DNA from: Oopsacas minuta | Lineage: Eukaryota > Animalia > Porifera | NCBI GenBank assembly: GCA_024704765.1 | Contig: JAKMXF010000310.1 | Coordinates: 1-64,000, forward strand | Length of the DNA: 64,000 nucleotides | Direction of reading: 5' to 3' | Part shown: positions 13,214 through 27,925 of the stretch, in pieces | Layout of the letters: every line of letters starts with the position of its first letter | Numbering within the stretch: position 1 is the first letter of the stretch | Translations under genes and position numbers: made by a program | The notes under the pieces: generated by a model | The model's input: the letters and a program-made list of their open reading frames with translations, nothing else | Told to the model about the DNA's origin: nothing | Databases searched by the model: none

Positions 13214-14870
13214 CACCGAAAAGAAAATTATTTGTAGAACTATGATAATTCAATGCAGACTTCAAATAATTACATAGTTGATCTGGTATAGACTTCGTTA
13301 GACATTTTTACTACAAACAAGTATAGTCTACATCAGACACGCAGCCCTTCTTATGTATTATAGAGAGTTCACTTCAAATGGTATCATATGCCAAATCGCA
13401 TTACTTTGTAATAGTTAAACCTTTCATATTGTGTTGTTTCAGCACAACAATGGTTTCCCCAAAGAAAAGAGGTAAGTTAATCCTTAAAAGAGAGAGATGA
13501 AACAAATATGCAATAGTTGGAGGGGGATTACTTGTAGAAAGAAAAGGCATATACAGTAGAACTCGGATATAGCATACCCTCAAGGGAGTGAAATTACTTA
13601 CGTCATAACACAGGTGTATTTACATATAATCAATCCTACATAATCTGAAAATTTTGGTTCAGAAATTTTAGTTATATGCAAATTTCTAGCGTAATTTAAG
13701 AAAACAAGTCCCAATTAACATTTTACATTTCTTTGGAAAACATAGACGAGACTCCGCCTCTGCATTTTCTATTGATCGAATACTGTCGGGAAAATGTGAT
13801 TTATGATGTCAAAAAGGTACTAAAATGTCGTTTTTGGTGTGGAAATTGGTTAAAAGGAAGCGGTAATATTTTAGTGTTCTTCCATTATGAGCGTATAACG
13901 AAAGTCATTTAACCGACCGTAATCGGTAATGACTTTTATTTATTCTATTTGTCATTATTCTGGGAGATTCATTTACCAGATACGACAGTGAGAATCTCTA
14001 GATATAATCTAATTTTACTAATTCATTGAAAATAGGTCATGAATTATGAATTATTCAAATGAATTAGTCGAAGAAGTAATACGTATGGTACCAAATAGCA
14101 GTCACTACTCCCCAAATTACTCATAATCTTACAGTAATGTTCAAATTTACAGGAAATTGAATACCGATACCTAGTAATTAGGTTCTATTGACAAAATACG
14201 TTACAAATTCCGAAAAAACCATGAAATAAATAGAATTATTTTAGTATGATAGTAATTACCAATTATGTAAATAGAATGACAATAAAGCAGGATAAAGTAG
14301 TATTATTTATCTATTGTTAATGTTTTATTGATATTAATATACTAATCGTGATTATTTCTCATTCTTTCGAATAAAACAAAGAATATCGATAGATTCATCA
14401 TTAAGTTTTGTCCGGAACTTGTTACATAGGTAAGCAGCTGATGAAAATATTCGTTCAGCTTCTACTCATTGCATTAATAACTTAGTAAGAGATCCCGGGA
14501 CTAGCTGCATGTAACGAAATTGTATCTTGTATGGTGGCTTTAACCAATCATATGGTAAAATATTTTGTTCAATCAATTTCCCTGCCCAAACGTGTATTGA
14601 AATATCCCTATCTATATAATTATATGCCCTAACCCAGGAACATATCCCAATTCAACACAAATCATAACAGCTATAACAGTATTTCTAATTTAGAATGAAT
14701 TAGCATGACTTGACACAGAGCTATAACATCTATTGCTGTGTATTTTGATTAGCTTAGTCTACATACTTGTCAGTGACAAGCGTACAAGCAGTACATGATG
14801 AGCATTATTTTATGAGATTAAGTTACTAAGGAGAGTACGTAATTATCTAGGGGGAGAATTATGTAGAGGC

Positions 14871-17800
14871 TCAGGGCTCTAGGCTAACATGAGACTTTGT
14901 CTGTTCCTCTGGGGGCTTGTCTGCTGGAGGGAGAGACACAACGTCTTCAGGTTGGAAAGGCTGTATGTCAGAACCTGATCCTAGACTTGAGCTAGAGACT
15001 AGAGGGGCGGGACCATAAATATCCATCGCAGAGGGAGGAGAGGAGCTAGAAACTTCTATGTGAGACTTGATAGTCAGGTCGGTAGGTGTCTGCTGGATGG
15101 GATCATTAGAGAGGAGGGTGGGTACAGGAGTAAAGTATAATTGGTTATCTACGTGTATCTTATCACCCATACCTTCATCAGGTTTCCTTCCAGTGAAGTC
15201 ATTAGTCCTACCATTGACAGCAACTGGTCCTATCTTAGAGTATTCAGAAGCAACACTGTCTTCAGCATTAGGGTCTGAGGAGAAAGGATGGAACTTCTGA
15301 GCACCAGTTATCTGCTCGGGTATCTGTATACTGAATTGAGGACCTACTATAGTGCTCTTAGCTAAGTCACCCTCACCCTGTACCTGGTAGTTGAGGTTCT
15401 GTTGTGTCATATTAGGAGGCATGGCAGATTCAATAGAAGGAGTAGTTACAGTGGTTATATGAGGTCCTGTATGAGAGGAGCTCCTATTGTTCTGCTGGTA
15501 GTAGAATACATTGTTAGGATGCTGTACCTGAGGTCTGGGGTAGTAGTTCTTACTTCTGAACTGATTATTAGAATTACGTAGCTGAGTAGAGTACTGAGGC
15601 TGCTGAGCTCTGACTGGTCCCACAGGTCCAACTAAACTGATGAATTGGTTATTCCGATATTGTGACATAGAGGGAGGTAACCCAATATTTTGCTGTGGAG
15701 CATATGATTTGATATAATTAGAGTTATTACCATTGTTACTCTTCCTGGGTCCTTTGTTGTAACTATTAGCACGGTGACTAGGGGCGTAGTTACGTATGTT
15801 AGGTTGTACCATGGAAGTAAAGGTAGCAGGGGAGGTCTTACGGAGAGTAGGGTTGTTGTATTGACTCATCTGATCCCATTTACCAGGAAAGGGGTAATAC
15901 ATTGGATGGGCAGGCATTTTGTCACCCATGCTCATTTTATCATTTCTGCGGTTTTTATCAGCACCCATAACAGCTGTTCGCATGTTACCTTGCAGTCCAT
16001 ATCCTCCGACCCCGAATGGACCGAGGGAAGGAGAGTTAGGGCTATATCCATGATTAAACTGTCTCATACTCCCCATCATTCCCTGGTGTGTAGGGGGACG
16101 TAAGGAACTACCTATGCCCCCTGGCATCATAGGAGTAGGTGTGTACACTGAGGGCATGGGGAACTGAGAAGCGGGATAGCCACCCGGGTTCATCCTTGGA
16201 GCAGTGAGAAGACCTCCTGCTGTTGTCGTAGCGTCTAGAGAGGGAATAGACTGCAGTATTGTCGGCTGAGTGTAATCTTGGGAGTAATTAGGACTCATAA
16301 AGTTAGCAGTAGCTAAGCTGCCGGATAGATACTGAGTGTCAGTATATCCCTGAAGACTGTTAGGGACAGAGGGGAGAAATTCAGGAGCGTTAACGTATTC
16401 AGACAAATCAGATTGTTTGTTACGAACAACTTTATCATCATCTGTGATAGCTTGCTGATGTGTAGTGGGGTATGAAGGGAAATCTCTTAGACTGGACATT
16501 GTAGGATCGTTAAACCAATCAGAATTGAATCCAGACTGAAGTATGGAGCGTGTAGCAGCATCAGGAAACACGTTAGAGGTAGGAGGAGGGAGAGGAGACT
16601 CTGCCTTCTTGTGTTCAGTAACGGATATAGGGGTAGATATAGGTTGAGTAGTTTGGATAGGAGTGTTACTCAAGGGACGCTCCTCTATTTTACTTGGTAC
16701 AGGTACCTGTCTGGGTATTTCAATAGATTTATCAGACTGATTCTGTGGAGTAGGGGTGCGATCATCAGGGGGAACACTCCAGTCTGTTGTAGCTCTATCA
16801 CCCCCCTCAAACTCCTGCTCCACCTCTTCCTTCTTCTCACTATGAGCTAGCATGTGAGCGTGTGGTGTCTGGTCTATTTCTGCCAATTCTTCTAACATCA
16901 TAGAATTGACAATTGTAGTAGACACAATCTCCTGCATCTCGTCATTCTCATCACTCAAGTGCTCTACTTTATCAGATTGTTCTGGAATATTCAGGTCAGG
17001 ACTTAATGAATCTGACATGGTCCTCTTAGAAGTGACAGGCTCCTTAACAGCTTCAGTTTCGTCATTGCTCTCCGCTGATTCATCGGAATTCTTATCTTCT
17101 ATCTGAGCAGATTTTCCAGGGGGAGGAGGGGGGGGTGGGGCTGTAATATTCTTACTAGCTATAGCAGAGAAACTCAGTCCTGGTTGTACGTAGTTACTGC
17201 CTGATGAAGCAGCGGATGTAGAAGTTTTGTGAGCAGGTGGAGGTGAATCTCCTCGAGGGTGCTGATTAGACCTCTTGTCGAAGTCTGGTCCCTTCTGAAT
17301 GCTACGTTTTGGAGAAATCTACACAACACATAGATATAAACTACTGTTATTGGATAGATAGAACAGTTTCATTTCTCTAACTAGTTAGCCGTAATTATTC
17401 GGCTCATAAACGATCCTTCTAAGTAAGCATATAAAAAATATTTATTGGTTCCATCACACAAGTACAGTATCGCTAATTTTGATCCGGCCTCTGGGGGAAT
17501 ATTAGATCGCATAGGATGGAAACTACTATGTAACAAATTGGGGTAATCAAACTCCTGTTATTCTCTAAAATACGAAACTCTTATAGAGGATTAGACCAAC
17601 AAATGGCCAATTAAACTGTACTGCATTGAATGTTAACAAAATTATGGAAAGTTAATAGTGTGACATCATAGGAATGCTCTTAGCAATATATTAATGTTTA
17701 ACTCATTTAGACTAATATTATTCGAAGAATCCCAAAATCCGATAAATTTCTATGACTATCTCCATATTGTCCTGTTATCTAAGTAGTAATAGCAGACACT

Positions 17801-20800
17801 CTCTTGAAGCTGTGTAGTAGTAGTATTGTAATTCATAAGAACTAGCATCTGGTAACAAACGAGGAAGCTTAACGAGTTATTGTAATCAATCTAGAATAAT
17901 GAAGGAGCACATTCAAGAGTGATGCCAGAAGATAAACAAGGTGTACCGTGTAGCACTCATAAAAATGAATAGTCCTGCTAGATGTGAAAATATTGAGGAT
18001 AGCATAATAGTGAATAAACTTAATAGATGAATGAAATACCTAATTAACAACTTTCCAGAAAACAGATCATCTAGTATGATAGACTCTCGTATATACGTAC
18101 ATCACCATTGGATACATAAGCACCAAGTTTTGGTACCTGGTTTAAAGGAGGAGATTGCATTTTGTGAAATTTGCATAGAGGTACCCGTAATTTCGCATGA
18201 TGGACTTCATAGCGCGATCTGTACATCTATACATGGAAACCGGCTAGACTAAATACAATAAAGTTCGCCTCTTAGAAGCTACTTTCGGGATTATCACTTA
18301 TATGTTGCCTCCTATTAGCATGAAATGGAAACACCTTATTTAGAATGTTAGGTCCGCGATTGGAAATGAGAATTGTATATCAGAGAGAGGCTAATAGAAG
18401 ATGCTATTTTAAGATTCATCTTGTATGACTAGGTTAGATGGTCTGTAATAAGATCATTACAATATACTACTAGTTATCTAAACTCCAGATGTTAAATGAT
18501 AGATTATAATTACTTACTAAAGAAAGACAGACCAGTTCATATTATACAACTGTAATATTAAACTATCTTTGTACCAGTCAGAGTTCAAGTTGCACAATAA
18601 TATCTAATATTATTAATCGACATATTAAGTACATAATTAGATTGGTACTTGTATCTATCTGTGGACAAAAGGAGCTGTACATTATCACTGCATTATCACG
18701 AGTCAGATAATACATAGAATTTAGCGTATGCAAAACTAATTCCAGGAGGGAGAGAGGTAAATTTAATTTATTAAACGAAAGGTGAGTTTCAGTGCCTGCA
18801 CGTGAGACATTCTATATGTTCTATATGAATTACATCAGATCAGTGATTTTCAACCGGTGTGCCATCAGAATGTCACAGGCATAAATCAAATTTGTTTAAA
18901 ATGCTTTTAGGTGCTTAGTTACTGGCCCTCTGGTCATAAAACTGTTATTAAGAGCCAAAAAAACTGCTCCTTAACACCAACATTTACATATAATTGGTAT
19001 CTCTCGAGAAATATTGAAATAATGGTTATATTAAAGTTGAATTCATTCTTGACTGGTGGCCTAGAAATTAATGGATGAAATGAGTGTGCCATATTTCGAA
19101 TAGAGTTGAGAAACACTGAATTACATCGATGTTATCAGGGTTGAAACGAATACTCGAATATTCGTGGATGGAAGAAATTTCGGGTACAATTTATATCTTT
19201 ATGACGTAATAAAATATTATACATACTTGTATACTGTAATCTAATCATTATAAGTAACTTACATGAGAAGGCTTGTCAGATACTTTAGCACGTGCCATCC
19301 CCTGAGATTTCTGAGGAGACCCACCCCTAGAGAAGCGAGGTTCTGTAGTAGAAGATAAGGGCTTATTAAGTTGATTCATTGACCTGGATCCAGGCCCTCC
19401 GTCTTGATATCTGTTCCCGCATATCTCATCTTGAATACGACCCCTACCCCGACCAAGAGAGCGTGGTACTTCTACTTCTGTAGAGGACATCCCTCTTCCT
19501 TTGGTTTTCTTTCGTATTTCTATGAATCCTGAATCAGTAGGAGTAGTGCTGAGTTGGATATCTCTATCTTCTGTTCTAGCATCTTCTCCAGGATCTACAT
19601 CAGTCCAGTCTGTTTCAGACTTCTGAATAGGTTCGGTATTATGAGATACAGACTCTGTATCAGTAACCGTATGTTGATTAGACAATTTACGTTGCTGGGT
19701 ATATCTGTGTCCAGTAGAACCCTCAGGTCTAGGCTGTCTCCAGTTTTCTTGAATATCAGATCTCCTCTTCTCGTCGATTACAGAGATCCTCTTATCTCCC
19801 TCCCGATCAGGTGATACGTCATCGTCCTCATTTTCTCCTTTGTTTGAGACTGCACTCGCATAGGATACGTTAGTGGAGGCCCCTGGACGAGGTCCAAAGG
19901 AGCCTCCTGGTCGTCCCTCGCCTGACTGTTTTGTACTATACTTATCCCCCCTGTCATGATCGCGAAACTGTCCCCTGTCTCTATCACTTCCGTAGAATTG
20001 TCCACTATCCCTATCACGAACGTGGTATTGTCCCCTTTCCCTATCCCTATCCCAATCGTCGCGGAACGGCCTTTTGTCAATATCACGGAATTGCCTCCTT
20101 TCATTGTCACGAGATTGACCCCTATCATTAGACCCTCCATCTACTCTCCAACTATCATTCCTACCCTCTCCCTGTCTCCATTGGTGCCTCCTGTTCCCAT
20201 TAGAGTTCCTATCTCTATCTTGGAAATCTCTCCTCTGGTATCCACCATGGGAGGAAGATCCTCTATCATTTCTATCTTCTCTCCTCCCTCTGTCATACCG
20301 ATCAGTTCTAAACTTATCGTCCCTATCAGTCCTATCAAATTTACTTCCTCTATCCCCATACCTACTTCTCTCCTCTGTTTCATTCCCTTCTGTCCTCCAA
20401 CTCTGATTCTTATCAGCATCGCTTCCAAACTTTGAGCGACTCCCTTGTCTCCCAAACGGCCTCTTATCATCTGACCTGTGTCTCTCTCTGTCTTTTCTAT
20501 TTTCCCATGAGTCCTGTCTACGATGGTACCCACCTTTGTCCTGTTTAAATACGTCATCGTCTTGACCTCGTGATCCCCTCCCCCCAGCTAACTCGTGTTT
20601 CTCTGCTACCTTAGTGGGTATTATGGTTAAGCTCTGTACAGGATCATTCTCTCCTAGTTTAGGAAATCCTTGTAGTCCTTGTCTCTGTTGCCCAGCCAAA
20701 TCGTTTTGCTGTCGTTTCTCCCATACGTTAGTTGTTTCTTTCTGAACTCCACTCCCTAAATACAAATACGTACATATATGACGTCATGGAATACTAGAAA

Positions 20801-23800
20801 TGGATAAATTACACTTTCTTAGCGGGCGAGAAACCATGAAACTTTTATATTATTAAATTAGAGAATATGATAGGAAATAATGATACACAATATCACGCAA
20901 TACATGGATGGAGGTGTTAGATAATGCAATTAATTCATACATTTGTTCGTGTGATAAAGCTAATACTCTCATGAGCAAATTTCTATCAATACAGTATTGT
21001 TAATGTATACGCTAATATAAATTAATATATTACCTTTTACGGGAAGTGAACTAGCTGGTGTAATAGCATGCTGTTTATCCTGTTTCCAGGGGTCCTCTCT
21101 CGCTCTCTGTTCTGAAACAGGTTGCGGAGGCTGCTCAGATGTCCTCTGTACCTCAGATACTTGTACAGCTGAGGAGGGTAAGGTAGGGACTGTATGTCTC
21201 ATAGATATAGTCTGAGGTTGTTTGGGGATTAATGGAATTGATTGAGGAGGAAGCTCCTCGCTTGGTGAGTTAGATGTTAGCTCTAGACATTTCTCTTGAG
21301 GAAAGGGTTCAACAGGTGTAATAGCTTTTGAGTCAGACGTCTATAGTACATAAATAGTGTTATTAGTAATTAAATCAGAAAATTAGCGGGTGGCAGATTA
21401 GAAATATAGTCGGTCATTTCCAACCCAATTTACTATTTATACACTCACAAAGCATGGAATGTAGAGTGCAAATATATCATATGATAAATCAATTTTGACA
21501 CCTTTTGAATATAAACAAAGTTCCAAAATTAACTTTTTAATTTAATATTGAAATAGGATTAATTGCCAAATTATGTGAAACTCTTAGTAAGAAAACCCAA
21601 CTCCAGCTCCAGGTACAAATGGCTGTAGGTCAATTTCTCGTTAACGGGATCGTTATATTTCACATAATCGCGCGCATGAAAGTAGAAACGTAATGGAGCC
21701 ACACATTGTCCATGTCTAAAGAGCATCTCCCTAGAGGATCTGAGCTAAAAGGGCATCTTAGCCCATTAAAAAAGTAACATACGCCATACAGAATGTAGTA
21801 TATGCTAATGTATTGTCATTTAACTAATAGTAATGTAAGAGGACAATTTGTATGTTGTCATGTCATGCACCATCTGTACACAGTATTAAGAAGAATTCCT
21901 AACACATCATGATATCAGGGATACTATGATAGTTAAATATTAAAGAAATATATCAAATACTGCTAATATAAATATGATATCTCTATTCCTGTCATTGATA
22001 ATACAGCAATCTTATCATTTTTAATTACACTTGTGATAAATTCAGATGAAAAGAGCTATTACAATTCCAAATGTACTGTAATGACCTATTATACTATGGA
22101 TATATGATTAAAGGGAAAGCTACAAGCTGTAGTCTTTAATTTTTGTTGTCAATTGTATACAAGACATGGTCATTAGTTCTACTCAGTTATTATATTAATT
22201 ATCCAAATAGATTATTGCAACAAACAATAATCCTCTATAAGTAATGCAATACATCAGCTTGTAACGGACACAACATGAGCTGGAGAATTACATAATAATT
22301 ATTAAATAATTGATTTATGGATATCATAAACACATAATATGTAACCACCAGTGTTCTCGCTAGGCCTTTTTGGGGGGCGCAGCCACCCCTTATTGTGATT
22401 ATGCACCCCCTATCGTGCCTAAATAGACATAGTGTACCCCTCTATCGTGGATAAATAGACATAGTGTACCCCTCTATCGTGGATAAATAATGTTATATAT
22501 TCACCCAAAAAACGGGCCATCATCTTCTTTTTCCTTAAGGGTGTATTTTTACGCGTATTGTGCACAGAGTGTGTACGGCGCACCCCCCCCTATTACATAA
22601 TCCTGACGAGAACACTAGTAACCACTTGATAAATTGATTAACTTAAAATGAAACTAAGTATCCGCCGAATATTATAAATAGTAGTGAATAGCTAACCAGT
22701 CGTCTCATGATCGATACAGGAGTGTGGGTGTTCGTACCAGAGACACGCTGGGAGTCAGGGGAATTGGTTCGGTATTCTGGACCCTGTTGCATTCTAGCTC
22801 TCTCTTTATGAAGGGGAGGCTCTACTTTGTTCTAATGGAGAGATTTTAAGATAAGATAAGATTATAGAAAGCACTTCTTACGTTTGCTCTACTTGTGGAA
22901 GGTGAGAATTAAAAATAAAAGTAATGTGCTTAACTGACGTATTTCAGTTAAGATTACTTAAGGAATCGTATAATTCAACAGAATTGAGCCAAATACCACG
23001 GGACCATGAGAACCAGTTAAAAGTAGTAGCATACAGCATTGATAACCTTGTTAGGGGGTGTCTCTTTCCCTGAGGACTGAGTTAGTTCAGTGACATCTCT
23101 GGGAGGACCAATCCTTCTAAGTTGAACTTTCTCATGATCAGCTTCATCTCCTGAACTGTCAAATCTAAATAGAGAAAGTAATTAAAACAATATCAACTAT
23201 TATAGCTAGAAATGAAAATGGTGGACGGTGTAACGAATTCTGGGTAATGCGAACAGATTTAACCGTCTGTTAGTGTTCGTATTCATGAGACTCCACCATC
23301 ATTAATCTAATATTATACTATCCTAACATTTCAGTCTAATAGTTGTGATGGCAAGAATAGGCTAGTAGAATATTACCTAAATATTAGGTAATCTAGGCAT
23401 TCTAGAAATATCATAACTGGAGTTTTATCTTGTTAGCTAATAAATATAGCCATAGATGTCAAAAATGGGATTTTTGATGATTTGCTGTTCATCTATACGT
23501 TTTTTGAAAGTAATTGCTTTCAATGATTTCATTGAGTAAATGAAATGATACTATAAGTATTTTTATAAGTAGAATTACGGTCTAATCGGCTATAATCACA
23601 AATTTAGAACGTAAAAAGTGTTACTGGGTTACTTTGGTAGTTAGACACAATTGACCAATAATTAATTCATATAGGACATGGCTGGTAAAGGATCAGCTCT
23701 TTGAAACTCGTCGAATTAACCTGAGAATCTGGTTAACTGGTGACCTAATTAAACGGAGTACCATCATATTTGCTCATAGGCATGATTCTCTCTAGTTGTC

Positions 23801-24525
23801 ACCAGTGGACAACACATGGTATCTCAAGTCAACCACTAAAGCCCATATATGGAAGTAAACTTATGGACAATAGAAATCAAGTGGACAATTAGAGAACATT
23901 CACTCCTGAACTATGACTCACATAATTTTCTCTGTATAATCAACTGTATCCTGTTTGCCCGCCCAACCTGAAGCATCCATATCTGAATCAAAGTTTATAT
24001 GTTTAATAGGTAGAGACCTGATACTAGGAGAAGCATCACTCTCTGCAAACATTTCAGGAACTGTTTCATCACGAGAATAAGTTTGACTATAGAAACAATA
24101 AAATAATAATATGAAATAATAGAATACAAATAAAACGTTCTTACTGTAATCTTGTGTGAGAAGGGTAGTTACGATTCCTACCACTTCCATATTGAGACTC
24201 CCTTCCATATTGTCCCTGCCGATTGGAGTAAGAATTGCTATTACGAGATGATTCATTAGATCGCTCTAAAGAAACATAAAATAATCTCTAATCACACAAG
24301 ACGCATACACGATAAGATAGTTGATAATTCAATGAATTCCTTATCATAGGCGACGAACAGGGGGCCAATCTCCCTGTATGGTTACAGCCCTATTGAGCAA
24401 ATACAAAATATGTGTGACAGTGTTAGCACCCTTGATCATTCAAGTAGTTAGAAAGTTGTTCCTTATTATCGGAATTCAACTACAGTAGATTCCGCTCAAA
24501 GAGACACCGGTTAACTGGGGTAGAT

Positions 24526-24582
<57 letters not shown>

Positions 24583-25879
24583 TAACTATTAATAGTAACA
24601 TACTTTCTTGGGGTTTCCTGTTGGGAGGACGGTCTGTAGACTGGTGTATAGCCTCTTTCTGAGGAGGAATATCTCTCTGAGCCCCGTTGGCAGCTGAAAG
24701 GGTGGGGAACTCCGAGTTTGTAACAGATGTCCGTAAGCGGGCTATAGAAATAAGATCGTAGCAATACCGTAGATCTACTCAAATTATTGAACATTACAAT
24801 GAGACACAATTGTAACTAGAATACTTGCCAACCTATGTGAAGGAAAAAGCGGGACGGAAAACACTAATTTAGAGTGACATCGCGGGTCTTAGTATATTAC
24901 CAATAGACATAGATTGGACTACAAAAAGCAGGACAAATATAGTTTTAGGGAAGTTTTGGCGGAACCTTAGCCACAAAGCAAGCACGAAAAGGCGGTACGT
25001 CCTGCCAAAATCGGGACAGTTGGAAAGCGTGATATACAGTGTAATATCCACGAACTATATAATTTCAAATAGAATGCATTGAATAATACGGATATGAATT
25101 CTACAAACATACAAGTGGGTAGCGGGAATTTGTCCTAAAATATCTCTAGAATTAGTCCGAATTCTATGATATCGGAAATTGTCCTAAACTCAAATACTGG
25201 AATTTACAGAAACACAACTAATCAATTTGTCCAAAAAAATATATACTACATTTTTCCTTGAAAATATACCCGCCAAAACCATGGGGCAGCTAAGAAGTCT
25301 GGACAACAGTTGGGGAAAGATATATATTAATCCAAGGAAAATTCTTCACAACCCACCTAATAGTGAATATCAATGCACAAATCCAAAAATTTTAGCTGAT
25401 TTATCCACTAACACATTATTAAAGTTACTACGAATCCATTTTTAGGACATTTTCCCAGCCTGAATTGCTTTAAAACAAATTCAGTATTTCGGTTTAGGAC
25501 AAATTCCGATATCCAATACAAGTGACAGAAGTGATATTCACTTACGATGTTGATAAGGAACAGAGCTGCTAACTTGAGACCAATCAGGTCGTCCTGCCTT
25601 ATCAGGGTTGTCTGGTGTAGCGGCATTGCCCCAATGCTTACTAGGGGTCAAGGGAGATTCAGAAATGCTCTCCTTCTTTGGAGCGGTGGAAAGGGTGGCT
25701 GGGGGAGGCATACGCCGAGCCTTAACTTTGTTCCCGAGCTGTCCTTGTGAGTTGAGATTATTTTTGTCTAGAAATAAAGTAAATTAATGCTCAGCAATAG
25801 AGAGTGAATTACTTTAGTAAAACTTACTTCTTGGATCAGATCCGAAATCATTTCCGGGTTTTTTAGAATTCTTAGACAT
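14871..25879 (-). CDS. PRRC2: PRRC2/BAT2-family proline-rich coiled-coil RNA-binding protein; about 10 exons, roughly 1700 aa
   Basis: Exons 25879-25828, 25767-25546, 24741-24604, 24265-24145, 24086-23922, from 23164 (donor uncertain), about 22831-22697, 21340-21034, 20755-19257 and 17318-14871, joined with compatible phases. BAT2_N motif QLGNKVKARRMPPPATL, then EFPTLSAA and GWAGKQDTVDYTEKIIFD, an RD/RG-rich middle and a P/Q/N/S-rich C-terminus. Confidence 0.85.
18836..19118 (+). mobile_element. Buster-type hAT MITE in the last PRRC2 intron
   Basis: Left end CAGAT-CAGTGATTTTCAACC, right end GTTGAGAAACACTG. Perfect TSD AATTACAT at 18828-18835 and 19119-19126 (nnnTAnnn). Confidence 0.85.
22349..22617 (+). 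mobile_element. hAT-type MITE in a PRRC2 intron
   Basis: TIRs CAGTGTTCTCG and CGAGAACACTA. Perfect 8-bp TSD GTAACCAC at 22341-22348 and 22618-22625. Internal tandem duplication of an about 30-bp unit (ATAGACATAGTGTACCCC..TATCGTGGATAA). Confidence 0.9.
24526..24582. repeat. (GATA)14 microsatellite in a PRRC2 intron
   Basis: Fourteen uninterrupted GATA units are directly visible. Confidence 0.97.
24820..25031. mobile_element. Degenerate MITE
   Basis: Ends AATACTTGCCAAC and GTTGGAAAGCGTG with subterminal CGGGAC motifs. No TSD recovered. Confidence 0.4.
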
Positions 25880-27925
25880 ATTTCAACAGTACATGATGTG
25901 TGGAGAGATTGTCAGAAATTTCAAGACAGTGCTTGTTAATTGTTCTAATAATTTCCTAAAAGATTCTAGAGATGAGATTATAAATATTATATTCGGCTAA
26001 GTAGAGGATTAGGTAGAGGTACAAAGATACTACATATGTAACTAAATAGCAGCAAATTAAGCGTGAAACTAGTATTGTCATGTAAACTATTCGATGGATC
26101 AGTTAGCCTATTATCACAAACATCGAGAATAACCGCACTATGAATTTGCCACCTAATCCAACAGGATTTGGCGCTTAGTGCATTGTATAATATACACATA
26201 ATAGTATGTATCACTTTACTGAATTGATTACTCCAAAAAATGAATCATATTACAATTGTAATCGGATAAATTAGTTATGGTTCACGTAATACTGCATTCC
26301 ATAGTCAAGGCTATATATTAGAGGTTGCAACGGACCTAATTTTCGCCCCGAGCCGGATCCCGAAGTATACACATTAAACATTAGTTTAGAATATTTTCTA
26401 AGATTGAATGAAAAATGTTCAACCAAAATCGAACAGTCAGAAAGTGTCATCAAAAACAAATTTCTATGATGATTTTAGTTAATTTTATGGAATTAAACCA
26501 AATTATTCCAAATTTAATAGCTTGTTTGTTCCGAACCCTAAAGTATAGGTCGGGCGGGCTTGCGGGCTCTACTATATATCTAGTACGCTCTACCATGGTT
26601 ACTGAGAGTTGTTCTAGCAATTTGTTATAAAAAATTCGGTTAATCAGGAACTCCACTAAATTGAGGCCAGTGGCGTATACATCTTTGGACTTTGGCGGAG
26701 TGCTGACGTGCTGGCACCACCAGACAGAGTATTAAGCGCTCCTGGCATGAAAAAGGAGTGGAGCTCCCACTTCCGCTCCTTACACAGAAAAGGAGCGCAC
26801 TCCAGGTCCCGCTCCTGAAAAATAGAGCATGGGCCACCTTCCGCTCCTGATTGATAAGGTCACCGGGACTACGCTCGCCAATACTATACTGTATACCAGT
26901 TATTTAGATATTAAACTGCCCTCCTTATCACTGCCTGAAATCTATATATATATATACATAATCTATTTATTTGTCTTGTAGACGGATAATTAGTAACCTT
27001 GTTATCACTCTAGTATAAATAACAAACCAAATTGGAGAAATAGATATAGCTAAACCTAATCAAGCTGTTGTCTGAATACTCACTTGATCATTTCAATACG
27101 TACATGGAACCACGGGACCAATAATTTTTTGATCCGCCACTGCTTTGAGTCTAAAGATTTTGTTTTTACATAATAATGAAATGAAGGGTTTGCAAGAAAG
27201 ACCATTGCGAAAAAATGTACTGAATAATAACTGGAAAGCTTTTCAAACCGGAATGAGGTAGAAAAGAGAAATATCTCTGAAAATGGCACATTTTTCACTT
27301 TTACGGCCATTAGCATTGACTTAGTAATAAGAACATCTCATAATGCATAATGTCATCTCCTTTTTATATCACTTAATTAATTATAATCTCTCTCATTTTT
27401 AGTAGGTGTAATAATATAGAAGTGAAATCTGTTACACAACTGTTATCCCTCTAGTAAATAAATCAATAATAATACAAATATACGCATAATTCAAAATATG
27501 TATTATTACAAAAGATAAGAACAGCAACGGCTCAATAGAACTAATAATCGCATTATGAACTACATGCATTTGGGGAATAGCAAGTACATATTGATATAAA
27601 CTGTCAAATCTCGATATTGCATGCAATGGGCAGACTGAATGAGATTTGTATGAACATGGAAGAGATATACGAAGTCTGATACTATATGATAGATGGAAAT
27701 CTTGTTCTGAAGACATACACACATATTACACAAAACACAGAATCAGGAACAACAAAAACGTTGCAGTAATTAAGAGCGCATATATACGGTATCAACCGAC
27801 AAATATTGATACTGAAGGAAGCATTGCCTCCAAGTTCATATAATTCATCAGCTGATGAATTTATAAGTAAATTAAGTATGTGAGTAAAATGTCAACAGGG
27901 TGTGAAGGGGAGTGAGGAGTAACTG

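Noticed and set aside
15067-17106. Plus-strand ORFs opposite the last PRRC2 exon
   Set aside because: Antisense shadows of a long low-complexity coding exon, with no recognisable domains.
19554-20557. Several overlapping ORFs on both strands (19554-19814, 19778-20140, 19931-20131, 19956-20435, 20141-20557)
   Set aside because: Shadow frames of the repetitive RD/RG-rich PRRC2 exon, whose codon usage yields few stops in other frames. No independent homology or signals.
22420-22490. CRISPR-like direct repeats
   Set aside because: Two adjacent copies of an about 30-bp unit with no spacers, inside a MITE of a eukaryotic genome, and no cas genes.
24480-24809. 109-aa ORF with a YLSI repeat
   Set aside because: The repeat is the translated (GATA)n microsatellite in an intron. 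The true PRRC2 exon uses another frame (EFPTL).
27400-27925. Roquin autoregulatory CDE stem-loop in its own 3' UTR
   Set aside because: No TCYRYGA-type tri-loop hairpin was found on the sense strand by eye.
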